64,000 nucleotides of DNA from a bacterium (GCA_965261595.1 CBDHDG010000006.1:864001-928000), one strand, 5' to 3'; counted from the stretch's first letter, positions 1 to 10,251 are shown. Notes: generated by a model from the sequence alone, not told the origin. Translations and numbers: made by a program.

Positions 1-2
1 CC

Positions 3-620
3 CTGCCGTTCAAGGCGAGTGATTTGAGAACCAATGAGCTTTGGGAAAGCGCGAGCACGCATGGCGGCGGCTACCAGGTGTTCGCCTACGACATGGGCGT
101 GCAGGCGCCGGGCGCGGGCAGCTATCTTCCCGGCAAGTCCGGTTCCGCCAACAGCGACTACCGCATTTGGGGAAAGCGCATCTACGCCATGGCGGACGGA
201 GTGGTGAAAGAGTACGTCAATAATGTGCCAGAAAATCCCCGACCCGGGCAAAAGGCCGATTTCAAATCTTATCAACGGGGTTACGGCGGAAACCATTTTT
301 ACATTCAGCACGGCGGGCTGATGGCCCTGTACGCCCACTTTCAAAAAGGGTCTCTCAACCCCCAATTCATGAAAAAGAACGCCGTGGTCAAAAAGGGCGA
401 TTTCCTGGGTTTGGCGGGCAACTCCGGCAATTCCACCGCCCCGCATCTGCACATCCACGTCCGCAAGGAAACCCGGATTGAATCGGGCCCTTTCCGTCCG
501 CTCGTGTTTACCAAAGGATTTGTCATCGGGAAGGCCAATTACCCCCGGACCAAGTCAAACGTCAATTGGTCCTATTTGAATAAGCTCGCTATCCCGGGGA
601 AGGAAGGCAAACGATCCTAC
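3..620 (+). pseudogene. M23 family metallopeptidase, 5' part (runs off the window start; interrupted by an IS1380-family insertion)
   Basis: Frame open from base 3; M23 motifs GNHFYIQH..ALYAH..GLAGNSGNSTAPHLHIH; coding stops at the insertion boundary after KRSY (620). Confidence 0.85.
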
Positions 621-726
621 CCCGCATTTCCCATATGGATGATAATTTTTAACGCCCAGAAGGCCGTTTTCTCGTGTAAAATCAAGGTGTTGGCCTCTCC
701 CTGCCATCATCTTGCGAGGGGACCCG

Positions 727-2075
727 ATGGGTGAAGCGAAAAAGAGGCCGTTGAGGCTCCAATTCGACGGTCGGCTCAGGCTGGAGTTTCACGGAGCAAA
801 GGTTACGAGTGACGCCGGTTTGCTTGCCTATCGTGAACTGGATGAGGTGTTGGGGCTGACGAAGGCGGCCGAGGGGTTTCTGTCCGATTCACGGACGGGC
901 GGGAACACCCGGCACAGCCTCACCGCTTTGGTGCGCCAGTCGGTCTACAGCCGCCTGGCAGGATATAAAGACACCAATGATGCCGAGCGGCTCTGTGTCG
1001 ATCCCGCCATGCGTCAGGTGGTTGGGGGGCGAGCGAAGTATCACACCGCTGCCTCCACCAGCCAGATGAGCCGATTCGAGACGCAGACCCTCACCCGGCC
1101 CCTTAACCCCTCAAGGCGCTGAGCGGTCTGCCCGGTGTGTTGGTGGATCGTGTCCGCAAACGCAAGCCGATTCGCAAGCTGATCCTGGACATGGACAGTT
1201 CGGTCAGCCCGACCCACGGTGAGCAGGAAGGCTCTTCCTACAACGGCCACTTCGGCTGCACCTGCTATCACCCACTGTTTTGCTTCAACCAGTTTGGCGA
1301 TCTGGAGCGGGCGCTGTTGCGCAACGGCAAGGTCCACAGCGCTGATGACTGGTGGTCTGTATTGGAGCCGGTGGTAGCTCGCTACCGGGATGCGAAGGTC
1401 TGTCGGTTTTTTCGAGGCGACGCGGCATTTGCCAAGCCGGAGGTGTACCGATACCTTGAGGCGGAGGGCTACTCCTATGCGATTCGGCTTCCGGCCAACG
1501 CCATCTTGTACAGGGACATCGAATGCCTTCTGACCCGGCCGGTTGGCCGACCGCCCAAAAGGCCCATTATCTTCTACCACAGCGTCTCCTATCAGGCGGC
1601 TAGTTGGGAGAAGCCTCGCCGGGTGGTGGTGGCGGTCGAGTGGCACCAGGGCGAGTTGTTTCCAAGAGTCAGCTTCATCGTGACCAACCTGCACTGGCGG
1701 GAAGAGAACGTCGTGAGGTTCTACAACCAGCGTGGGACGGCGGAGCAGTGGATCAAGGAGGGCAAGTACGCCCTGAACTGGACGCGCCTGTCCTGCCACG
1801 GCTTTGAAGAGAACCAGGTTCGCTTGCAACTATTTGCCTTGGCGTACAACCTGGCAAACTTCCTGCGGCGGCTGGCGTTGCCCAGAGCGGTGAAGCACTG
1901 GTCGCTGACGACGTTACGCGAGAAGCTGATTAAGATTGGGGCCAAGGTGGTCACCCACGCCCGGCACACCACCTTCCAGATGGCCGAGGTGGCCGTGCCG
2001 CGTCAACTGTTCAGGGCAATCCTTGAACGAATTCGACGGTTGTGGTTACCGCCTCCCGTACCAGATACCGGATGA
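727..2075 (+). pseudogene. IS1380-family DDE transposase, frameshifted near 1100-1140
   Basis: Motifs [57 protein letters not shown]; split across ORFs 712-1122 and 1137-2075. Confidence 0.9.
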
Positions 2076-2549
2076 CGGAGCAGATGGCCCGGAAGCTTAG
2101 TGACGTGGTGGAGACGGGGGATCAGTCTGTGCCGAACTCCCCTGAGTCTGCCGGTAGAGCTGGGTTTTCAAGGGATTGCGGCTTTAGGACGGCCGTTGCC
2201 CCTCGATTGAGCAGATGGTTCTGCAAAGAGACCCTGAATCTGTAGTAAAATGGGGTACTTTGATGACACAGGAGGACCGCAGGATGGCTAAGAGTGGTCA
2301 TCTGGGAAATCCCGGTTTAAATCAAGACAACTCTTGTATTGACCACCCGTTGCTCTTTAACTCAATTAGAGCCCTCTTTACCGGGGCTGTCAACACCATT
2401 TCGGGCGCCTGAAACCCTGATCGGAGCGGTATCCGCCATTGGAAAACCATGTCAGCGCCGGCGTGTAAACGGGCTTGACCACCAGGTTTGGAGTCTTCGT
2501 CATTTTGCCCTTGTGTGGACTCCGCTTAGGGTCGCTAGACAGGCACCGG

Positions 2550-2924
2550 GCATCATCGCTTGATTCTCTCCAAGATAAGGGCAAATGTCTTCCTGGATAC
2601 ACCGACCTCGGCCAACTGGAAGGTGATGTGGCGGGCGTACCGCACGAGCCGGCCGCCCATTTTGAGGAGCTTAAGCTGAAGGCCGCGTAACGACCAGTGC
2701 TTGATCCCTCTCGGCAGGCCAGCAATCCCGCATCCGAAGTCATTCTGGTTCCGTGAAACTCAAGCCTCAGCCGACGCTCAAAACGGACCTTCAACGCCCA
2801 CTTTTTCGCTTCACCCATTGGATTACCCCGCGAGAGGATGGCTCGGGGAGGCTCATGCATTGATTTTACTCCAGAAAATGTCCTCCGGTCCGACAAAAGT
2901 TATGATCCATATGGGATATCTGGG
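2550..2924 (-). mobile_element. Internally deleted IS1380-like copy (left end plus fused N- and C-terminal transposase fragments)
   Basis: Minus strand reads [37 protein letters not shown], joined near 2710 to GIKHWSLRGLQLKLLKMGGRLVRHARHITFQLAEV in another frame; these match the two ends of the 727-2075 protein. Distal boundary is uncertain. Confidence 0.8.
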
Positions 2925-2929
2925 CCTAC

Positions 2930-3811
2930 ATCTGGCCCTCCGGCGTGCATCCCTACTGCGGGTATTCTACCCGCTTGAGAGAAGTGGCCAAGCACGGGGT
3001 TTCGGAAAGCCGATTCCAGGGCGTATTCGACAAGATTCACACCTGCGGCTATTACCCGGTCTGGCTGGACGGCTACAACGTCGGCGGCAAAACCTTCTTT
3101 AACCTGATTTTCCGGCGCGCCAACGCCCGTTGGCAGGCGCGAATCAATATGACCGGCGCCCGGTATCAAAAAGAATTCAAAAAATGGACAAGGAGCGGGT
3201 ATCGGCCTATCCACGTCGACAGCTATCTGCGCAAAGGCAAAATCAGGTACGCCGCCTTATGGAAAAAGTCCAAGGGCTTCAAGTACACCGCCTATCACGG
3301 GAAAACCGCGAATTCGCATCAGAAGAGCTTCGAAAAACTCACCCGCCGCGGGTATGCGCCGGTCAATGTTTCCAGCGTGGTCGTCCAGGGCCGAAGGGGG
3401 GTCACCGCTCTATATGAGAAGAAGAACGTCGGCGGCTTCCACCTCAAAAGCGAAATGACGCTGAAGCAGTACAACGCTTTCTTCAAACAATACAATAAGC
3501 GGGGTTTCAAGCTGGTTTACCTGAATGGGTTTAACCGAGGGAGCAAACCCCGACTCAGCGGCATCTGGTACAAAAAGGTCCCCTACTCGTCCTACTGGGC
3601 GAAGCACTACCTCAATCGAGCCGGTTACCAAAGGGAATATAATTCCCACACAAAGCGCGGCTATCTCACGCGCGTTGTGACCGGCTACCAGCACCGGGGG
3701 CATCGACTCGAAGGCATCTGGTATAAGGGAGGGACGCTCAGGCAAGCCGCTCATCGTGACGGGGAAACCTTGAGGCGGTCAACCCAAGGGATGGAATCCA
3801 GCCGGGCTTGA
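2930..3811 (+). pseudogene. 3' part of the M23 gene: tandem ~50-aa repeats (bacterial tandem repeat / polyglycine-hydrolase-like type)
   Basis: Repeated units such as YQKEFKKWTRSGYRPIHVDSY..RYAALWKK, HQKSFEKLTRRGYAPVNVS, YNAFFKQYNKRGFKLVYLNG; in frame with 3-620 once the insertion and one CCTAC are removed (KRSY-IWPSGVHPY). Confidence 0.85.
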
Positions 3812-3893
3812 ACTCGCGCGGCGCGATTCCTCGCTACGCCCGGAATGACACGAACAGCGGTTCCACCAAGCCCGAAAATCGCATTTCAGCGAT

Positions 3894-5114
3894 CTACCAT
3901 GTGTCGGCCAATTCCCAGATGATGCGGGCCACCGCCTTCAGGTTCTTATCGAAACGATCTCCGGCCAGATTCTCCGGCCGGTCGAGCACCGTATGATAAT
4001 AATCGTCGAGCTCGTATAGCCAAGCGACGGGCACGCCCGCTTTATAAAATTCATGGTGGTCGCTGTATGGGTTCGGAGGACAGGCCCACTCGGCCACCGG
4101 GATTTCCTGTTCGGTGACAACCCGCTCGACCAAATCGCGGGTCTCCTCGGTGACGTTGATCGTCGTCCCTCCCGGCGCGGCGCAGATAAACGCGTCCAGG
4201 TTGACCACGGCTTTGGCGCGGCCCATTTCCTCACGATGGCGGGACACATACTCCCGCGCCCCCAGGAACCCGAACTCCTCCGCCGGCAGGGCCAAAAACC
4301 GGACGGTCCGCCGTGCGCGTCTGCCGGAGAAAAATCCGGCGAAATCCAGAAGCGCCCCCGTCCCCGAGGCGTTGTCGGCGGCATGCGGACCCAATCCGTG
4401 GCTGTCGAAATGCGATAGGACGTAGACGACCTCCTCCGGCGCCTCGGTCCCCGGAGCGTCTCCAAACAGGAACTCCGATTTCCGGGACTCGTACGCGCCC
4501 CGCACCTCGATGCGCGCCCGGAGAGCGCCCCCGTCCGCCAACGATTGAAGCTTGCGGCTTTGGGAGGACGTAACGGCGACGGCGGGAACGCGCCCGGGAA
4601 GGCCGGAGAGGTTCGTCACGCCGCCCCGAACGGCTTCCTCCTCGAGCCTTGTCCCCATGATGAACCCGACCGCACGGTTCTCCTCCGCCAGCGGAACGGC
4701 CTGGTATGACTTGAAGGCGTCCGCGAGGACGATCCGGCCGATACAGGACCGGCCCGTGCGCGCCATGTCGTCATAGTCTTCGCGGGCGCCGTCTCCAGCA
4801 TAAACGACGGAGGCCTCGACGCCTCCTTCGGGCGTAAGGGCCGAGAGACCGATTCCCTCACAGGGGATGGAAAAAGACTCGGGGGCCGTTACGGACAGGA
4901 CGACGCTGTCGCACCGGTAACCGAGGTATTCCATTTCCTCCGCTTTGAGATCATGCAGTCCTTGGGCCTGAAATTGGCCGCGGATAAACTCCCGAACCTC
5001 GCGTTCCCCGTCAGACCCCATGAACCGGGGCCCAATCGCGCAAACCTTCTCCATAAAAGAAAAGGCCTGGGATTGATGAGAACCCCAGGCCTTTTCGAAG
5101 GCCGGATTGGCCAA
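3894..5114 (-). CDS. M28 family metallopeptidase with PA domain
   Basis: GPRFMGS, SHFDS, AADNASG, AEEFGFLG, NLD, SDH, YYHTVLD motifs; TTG start after GAGGGG. Confidence 0.85.
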   Translation of the reverse strand: MANPAFEKAWGSHQSQAFSFMEKVCAIGPRFMGSDGEREVREFIRGQFQAQGLHDLKAEEMEYLGYRCDSVVLSVTAPESFSIPCEGIGLSALTPEGGVEASVVYAGDGAREDYDDMARTGRSCIGRIVLADAFKSYQAVPLAEENRAVGFIMGTRLEEEAVRGGVTNLSGLPGRVPAVAVTSSQSRKLQSLADGGALRARIEVRGAYESRKSEFLFGDAPGTEAPEEVVYVLSHFDSHGLGPHAADNASGTGALLDFAGFFSGRRARRTVRFLALPAEEFGFLGAREYVSRHREEMGRAKAVVNLDAFICAAPGGTTINVTEETRDLVERVVTEQEIPVAEWACPPNPYSDHHEFYKAGVPVAWLYELDDYYHTVLDRPENLAGDRFDKNLKAVARIIWELADTW

Positions 5115-5409
5115 AACCGCCCCTCCTACAGAACCCTCTGATTTCTATTCAACCGGCCGCCTGCCCTTACGGGCGAACCGAACATCGCACCCCTTGGGCC
5201 CGCCCGGCTCTGACGGGAAGCCCTTGTTCATGGCCGCCAACGGCCGCCCAGGCGATAAACGCTCGGGACCCACAATGGGTCCCGAGCGCTGTTACCGCGA
5301 TGCGAACAACGGACCAGAAACACTCCACCCTAGGCCCCTCTGAGCCTCGAGTGGCATCCGCTTATTTCTTAACCGAATCTCTATCAAACGGCCCCATTTC
5401 GTCTCATCT

Positions 5410-6486
5410 TTATGATGAGGGAAGAAATTTCATGCTCCAATCGCGCATCTTTTTCCATTGAGCGGGTGTGAGCTTTTCCCCTCCGATGAACTCATTGGTG
5501 TAGATGCTATTGATATCCTTAATGGGGGCCGCGCCCATGTACTTCACAACTCGGTCCAGGCTGTCTTTCACCAAAGACGGCTCCATCCAGCCGATCCCAT
5601 GCTTCTTCGTATGCGATGATACGCTGATGGCTGAAGCTACTCCTAGGCCGGCTTCAATAATCTTTTGGGACAGCTTTCCCTTTCCGTAAATCGGGAGCTC
5701 TCCCATGGTGATTTTAATGGAGTCTTCAGGCTCGAGGAAGGTGTGTTTTATGCCCTTTAACGCCCCTTGCACGAATTTTCGGTAGAGGTTCCGGTCTTTC
5801 TTGAGACGATCGGGCCGGGCCCAGAAGGTCTGATCCAGCATGTCGAGCCCGTGATCCGCGTAGAAGACGAAGTTATATTTGACCCCTCGCCCGATGAGAC
5901 CTGGGGCAAAGGAGACAATATACGTGGATACCGCATCGACCTTGCCAGCCAGAAGTGAAGCATGATAGGCGGCCGGTGAGATCATCAGCCACTTGACTTT
6001 ATTCGCGTCGATTCCGGCTGAGCGGGCAAAGGCGGGAAACAAGGTGTGGCTGCCGCTCCCGGGTGAGGACGCCAGCGACAACCCTTCGATGTCTTTGGCT
6101 GTCTTGAGCGGTGTCTTCTTCAAGGTCGCCACACCCATGGGAGACTTCTGATACCTGGCACCCATCCCGACCAAAGACCCACCTTTGGAGATAACCAGGA
6201 CCGCGGGTCCAAAGCTCGCCTCCCCCACGTCGAACTGTCCGGTCGAGATTTCCTGTGAGGTCTTACTGGAGCCGAATCCCCGGTGAATCTTCACATCCAG
6301 CCCAAGCTTGCGCCAGAACCCCAATTTCCTGGCCACGAGAGCGTAGCAGTACTGACCAGATGGGATCCAGGCCAGGCGGAAGTCGACCTTCCGCATCTTT
6401 TCAGCTCCCGCGTTTGGGATGAAGGCGGGCGCCGTCAGAAGGCTTACGGCAACCGCAGTGCACGTGAGAAGCTTCTTCCATGCCAT
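5410..6486 (-). CDS. ABC transporter substrate-binding protein, NMT1/THI5 (SsuA-like) family
   Basis: ATG at 6486 after AAGGAGG; signal peptide MAWKKLLTCTAVAVSLL; RLAWIP, GLDVKIHRGFGS, LLAGKVDA. Confidence 0.85.
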   Translation of the reverse strand: MAWKKLLTCTAVAVSLLTAPAFIPNAGAEKMRKVDFRLAWIPSGQYCYALVARKLGFWRKLGLDVKIHRGFGSSKTSQEISTGQFDVGEASFGPAVLVISKGGSLVGMGARYQKSPMGVATLKKTPLKTAKDIEGLSLASSPGSGSHTLFPAFARSAGIDANKVKWLMISPAAYHASLLAGKVDAVSTYIVSFAPGLIGRGVKYNFVFYADHGLDMLDQTFWARPDRLKKDRNLYRKFVQGALKGIKHTFLEPEDSIKITMGELPIYGKGKLSQKIIEAGLGVASAISVSSHTKKHGIGWMEPSLVKDSLDRVVKYMGAAPIKDINSIYTNEFIGGEKLTPAQWKKMRDWSMKFLPSS

Positions 6487-6512
6487 TGTCCACTTCCTCC
6501 TTATGTTGTGGT

Positions 6513-7826
6513 TTACGATGCGACACCGCACCAGCGCAGAATGATTTGGGCCGACATCTGGATGGTTTGATGGTAAGACTCCAGGTCGACCCACTCGTTC
6601 GGGGCATGCCCGCCCGCCCCCTTCGGCCCGATATTGACCGTCGGCATATTCCCGTAGAGAACCGTCACGCGCGTGTCGCTGCCGACGGGGTTTGCGGCGA
6701 TGATCGGACGCGTCCCCAGAACCTCTGTCATACAGGAATTGACCTCGGCGAGAAAAGGCTCGTCGAGGGCCATCGTTGAAGGCGAAAACCGCAGAGGCAG
6801 CCACTCCAGCTCCGGGGGATGCTCCCTGAGGTACGGGTCCGCATGCGCCGCTCCTTCAATCGTCTCCGTGACGGCCTGACGGACTGACGCTTCGTCTTCG
6901 GTGTGCGGATACGTCAAGATGCACTCGATCGTACACAGGCTCGGGACCTGATAAATCCAGTCCCCCCCTTGGATCTTCGAGATGCAAAGGGTCGTGGCCC
7001 TTTGCGGCAATCCGCTCGCCTCAAAGCAACGCTCCGTCAATTCGTCCCGGACGTGGATGGCCCGAAAATCGTCTAGGTCTTTGAGGTGTTGAATGACCCT
7101 CATGGCCTTCTCGATCGCGTTGATCCCTGTGTGCGCCATTAAACCATGAACCGCCCGGCCGCGCACCCGGACGCGAAACGCGGTCGCGCCGGATGAGGCC
7201 ACCTGTACGAGCCCCGGTTTTCCCCATCCCGGGTGCGGATAGATGCACCCGTCCGCGCGGATCCCTTTCTCGATACAGGCCAGGATCCCGCCGCTTCCGC
7301 CAATCTCCTCTTCGATATTGCTCATGAGGATGACGTCGCCCTTCAGCTTCACCCCCAGCCGGCGGATCGTGTCCACGGCTAGGATGACGGCGGCGAGGCC
7401 CGCCTTCATGTCTTGCGTGCCCCGGCCGTACATCCTTCCATCTTCGATCTCTCCGCCGAACGGGTCGTGGGTCCAATCTTCCAGCGGACCCTCGGGCACC
7501 GTATCGATGTGTCCGAAAAGAAGGAGCGAGCGCCCCCCGCCTGCTCCTTTCAGGACGCCGATGACATTGGGCCGGTCCTGGTAATTTCCGTAATCCTCCG
7601 TGGGCGGGAGAAACTCCGGGTGGTCCTTGAGGACCTCCAGATCGGGGACGAACTCCTCGACATCCAGGTTCATCTCCTGGAATTTCCGAAGAATGTCCCG
7701 CTGGCCCGGCCCCTCCATCCCCGTGTGGCTCTTCAGGCGGATGAGGCCGCGGAGGTACTCCTCGTGAGCGGACCGCTCCGCGTCAACGGCCGCGAGAACC
7801 TTTTCTTCAAGGGGCGACAGGGACAT
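6513..7826 (-). CDS. M20 family (ArgE/DapE-like) deacylase/peptidase
   Basis: GRSLLLFGHIDTVP, WTHDPFGGEIEDGRMYGRGTQDMKAG, EEEIGG, GHAPNEWV. Confidence 0.9.
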   Translation of the reverse strand: MSLSPLEEKVLAAVDAERSAHEEYLRGLIRLKSHTGMEGPGQRDILRKFQEMNLDVEEFVPDLEVLKDHPEFLPPTEDYGNYQDRPNVIGVLKGAGGGRSLLLFGHIDTVPEGPLEDWTHDPFGGEIEDGRMYGRGTQDMKAGLAAVILAVDTIRRLGVKLKGDVILMSNIEEEIGGSGGILACIEKGIRADGCIYPHPGWGKPGLVQVASSGATAFRVRVRGRAVHGLMAHTGINAIEKAMRVIQHLKDLDDFRAIHVRDELTERCFEASGLPQRATTLCISKIQGGDWIYQVPSLCTIECILTYPHTEDEASVRQAVTETIEGAAHADPYLREHPPELEWLPLRFSPSTMALDEPFLAEVNSCMTEVLGTRPIIAANPVGSDTRVTVLYGNMPTVNIGPKGAGGHAPNEWVDLESYHQTIQMSAQIILRWCGVAS

Positions 7827-8003
7827 AAACACCCTTTCTTGAAATCTTGTGGAGATACGAGGCCGATCCCCCGGGCCCGATAAACCGCTTCCCCCTCATC
7901 GACTTCAGTTGTCCAGTCTTAGGATCGAAGCTAATGGACCGGTGCTCCGTTGTCAAGCAGATGTAGACGGATGAGGGATCAGATGATGAAATTCGGCGGC
8001 GTC

Positions 8004-8039
8004 AAGGTGAAGGTCCCTTTAAAGGTAAAGGTCCCTTTA
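8004..8039 (+). repeat. 18-bp tandem direct repeat (2 copies, 1 mismatch)
   Basis: aaggtgaaggtcccttta (8004-8021) / aaggtaaaggtcccttta (8022-8039). Confidence 0.8.
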
Positions 8040-8114
8040 AGGGAAGAGTCCCCCGCTCTAGGGTTTTGTTGGACACTCGATTGATCCATGATTCATGGAG
8101 AAAGGGGTGTCGCG

Positions 8115-8501
8115 ATGAACGAACAAAAGCAAGAGGGGGCTTTGGCGGAGGGCGCCCGTAGGGCGAACGGAGCCAAGGCCCCAGGGCATCGCAGTGAGCG
8201 GGGTCGGTTCTCCTGCCAGCGCAAGCGGGAGGCGGTCCTGCGTCTTTTGCGGGGCGAGAGCCTGGAGACGCTCTGCCGCGAGTTGGGCACGACAGCGGCT
8301 CGGCTTTCCGCCTGGCGCGAGGCGTTCCTTCGCGGGGGCGAGGCGGCGCTCAAAGCCCGCCCGGCGGATGAGCGGGACGAGGAGAACGCCCGGCTCAAGG
8401 CCAAGGTGGGCGAACTCACGATGGAGGGCGAGGTCCTGCGGGAGAAGATCGACCGCCTGGAGGCCGGCCGCCCTTTAGCCGGCAGGAGGTGGAGGCGATG
8501 A
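8115..8501 (+). CDS. IS3-family transposase OrfA (HTH plus leucine zipper)
   Basis: RFSCQRKREAVLRLLRGESLETLCRELG..WREAF..LKAKVGELTM; slippery heptamer C CCT TTA at 8471-8477 leads into the OrfB (-1) frame. Confidence 0.85.
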   Translation: MNEQKQEGALAEGARRANGAKAPGHRSERGRFSCQRKREAVLRLLRGESLETLCRELGTTAARLSAWREAFLRGGEAALKARPADERDEENARLKAKVGELTMEGEVLREKIDRLEAGRPLAGRRWRR

Positions 8502-9517
8502 GTCAGGCCCGCTTCACCTCCACGGGCAGAGCCTACGGCCTGAAGCGGGTGTGCGCCCTTTGGGGCTTGGCGCGCTCCACGGTCTACGCGCAACGGCGGC
8601 AAGAGGCGGTCCCCGTTCATGAACGCCCCACGCCCAATAAGCGCGGCCCTGTGGGCCCGTGCACCGATGCGGAACTCCTCGGCCACATCCGGCAGGTCCT
8701 GGAGGACTCTCCCTTCCATGGCGAGGGCTACCGCAAGGTGTGGGCGAGGCTGCGCTTCGCGGGCATCCGCACCAGCAAGGAGCGGGTGCGTCGCCTGATG
8801 CGGGAGGCGGGGCTTCAGGCCCCCCACCGGGTGGGCAAACCCCGAGGTCCCAAGGCCCACAACGGGACCATCCGCACCGAGCGGCCCGACCGAATGTGGG
8901 GCACGCACATGACGACGACGGTGACCACCGATGAGGGGATGGCCTCGGTGTTCGTGGCGGTGGATCACTGCTCGGTGGACTGCGTGGGGATCCATGCGGC
9001 CAAGAGCGGCAACCGCTTCGAGGCCCTGGAGCCGATCCGGCAGGGGGTCGCCGAGCGCTTCGCCGGCTTGGAGGCGGACGTCGCCGAGGGGCTTAAAGTT
9101 CGTCATGACCACGGCCCCGCCTATCTGTCCGATGACTTTCAGCGGGAGATCGCCTACCTGGGCATGACCAGTTCGCCCAGCTTCGTGCGGGCGCCCGAGG
9201 GAAATGGCTACTGTGAGTGGTTCATCCGCATCTTGAAGGAGAATCTCCTGTGGGTGCGCTCTTTCGCCACCGTAGAGGAACTGCGGTGGGCGCTGCTTGA
9301 GTTCAAGAACCCGTGATTATGCCCTTGACGCAGTAAGACACAAGATATGGTGGTCCCTCGAAAATTGAATCCGACCCACTACATGTGGTATATGGAACTT
9401 CAAAGGGTGGAAGCCCCGAGGGAACCCCGGGGCGTTGCTACAAGAGAGGACCTCACAGACCCTCCTTGTAGCAAATCCCCAAGCCCGTGTCAACCTCGAT
9501 TTTCTGGGGGTCTGCCC

Positions 9518-9868
9518 ATGCGTACTATCGGCGGTTGCATACTTACAACTGCCCTCATCGCATCTTCCGCCGTCATGGCTGGAGAATCCAACAAGGCCTG
9601 TTTTATCGGAAAAGGTGCGGTGTACAGCCCCGCTTATGTGGATTTGGAACGAAGAAAACTCATACTTCGCATGTTGGACGATCGCGATTTGGTAGCTTTG
9701 TATAAACTTGGATACCGAAACGCAAAGGAGAAATGGCGTATTTTCATGGTGAGTGAGCATCCAAAAGGATTCCAATACCTGAAGAGCATCCCTGGCTCTA
9801 CGACTTTCCGTTTTGAAGGGGAATTCAAGGTTTTTGAGACGTTGTGCGAGTTCATCTCGTGCAAATAG
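9518..9868 (+). CDS. Hypothetical exported protein (116 aa), cassette ORF1
   Basis: Signal-peptide-like MRTIGGCILTTALIASSAVMA; mature part aligns end to end with ORF2. Confidence 0.7.
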   Translation: MRTIGGCILTTALIASSAVMAGESNKACFIGKGAVYSPAYVDLERRKLILRMLDDRDLVALYKLGYRNAKEKWRIFMVSEHPKGFQYLKSIPGSTTFRFEGEFKVFETLCEFISCK

Positions 9869-9890
9869 GTGGAAAATAAGATTTACAAGT

Positions 9891-9967
9891 GCAGCGCCAG
9901 GGGATCCCGCCCCTGGCGCTGCGGTTCCATCACCACCCAACCTTGAAGGAGGACTGGGGCAATGGAA
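9891..9967 (+). promoter_or_regulatory. Structured leader of ORF2: 13-bp perfect hairpin plus a segment complementary to the start codon region
   Basis: gcagcgccagggg/cccctggcgctgc (9891-9922); ttccat (9925-9930) complementary to atggaa (9962-9967); RBS gaaggagg between them. Confidence 0.6.
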
Positions 9968-10249
9968 GCAAAATGCTTTCTTAAGGAAAAGGCTTTTAGC
10001 CGACCCGCCTATGTCTCCCCGAGAAAACTTAAACTGCTGGTGCAGGTTCTTCAGGACAGAGACTACTTGGCCGTAGAGAGACTTGGAGGAAGATTCAACA
10101 AAAAGCGGAGGCGTGTATTTTTTGTCAGGAAACACCCGCCCCAACATAGGTATCTCAATAGTCCCAAACTTGAGAAGGTGATATTCAGGTTTGCCGGTGA
10201 ATTTGAAGTGAGGATTGCATCGGCGCAACAGGACATCGCGTGTGAATAA
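9962..10249 (+). CDS. Hypothetical protein (95 aa), cassette ORF2, paralog of ORF1 without signal peptide
   Basis: RBS GAAGGAGG upstream; shares CF..PAYV..KL..L.DRD..LG..HP..YL.S..FRF.GEF.V..I.C with ORF1. Confidence 0.7.
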   Translation: MEAKCFLKEKAFSRPAYVSPRKLKLLVQVLQDRDYLAVERLGGRFNKKRRRVFFVRKHPPQHRYLNSPKLEKVIFRFAGEFEVRIASAQQDIACE

Positions 10250-10251
10250 GT

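Larger units (their letters stand above)
621..2924 (+). mobile_element. IS1380-family transposition unit: IS (621-2315) plus captured DNA containing an inverted, internally deleted IS1380-like copy
   Basis: Terminal inverted repeats 621-650 (cccgcatttcccatatggatgataattttt) and 2895-2924 (rc cccagatatcccatatggatcataactttt), 25/30 identical; 5-bp duplication CCTAC at 616-620 and 2925-2929; internal IRR-like ggtcatctgggaaatcccgg at 2296-2315. Confidence 0.88.

Noticed and set aside
9347..9517. Longer N-terminus for cassette ORF1 (ORF track start 9347)
   Set aside because: Starts inside the terminal repeat and runs through hairpins; the signal peptide and G-rich RBS fit ATG 9518.
9866..9946. Stop-codon readthrough (pyrrolysine-like TAG plus hairpin) fusing cassette ORFs
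   Set aside because: Further in-frame stops follow in both spacers (TGA at 9944-9946; a second TAA after the hairpin downstream of ORF2).
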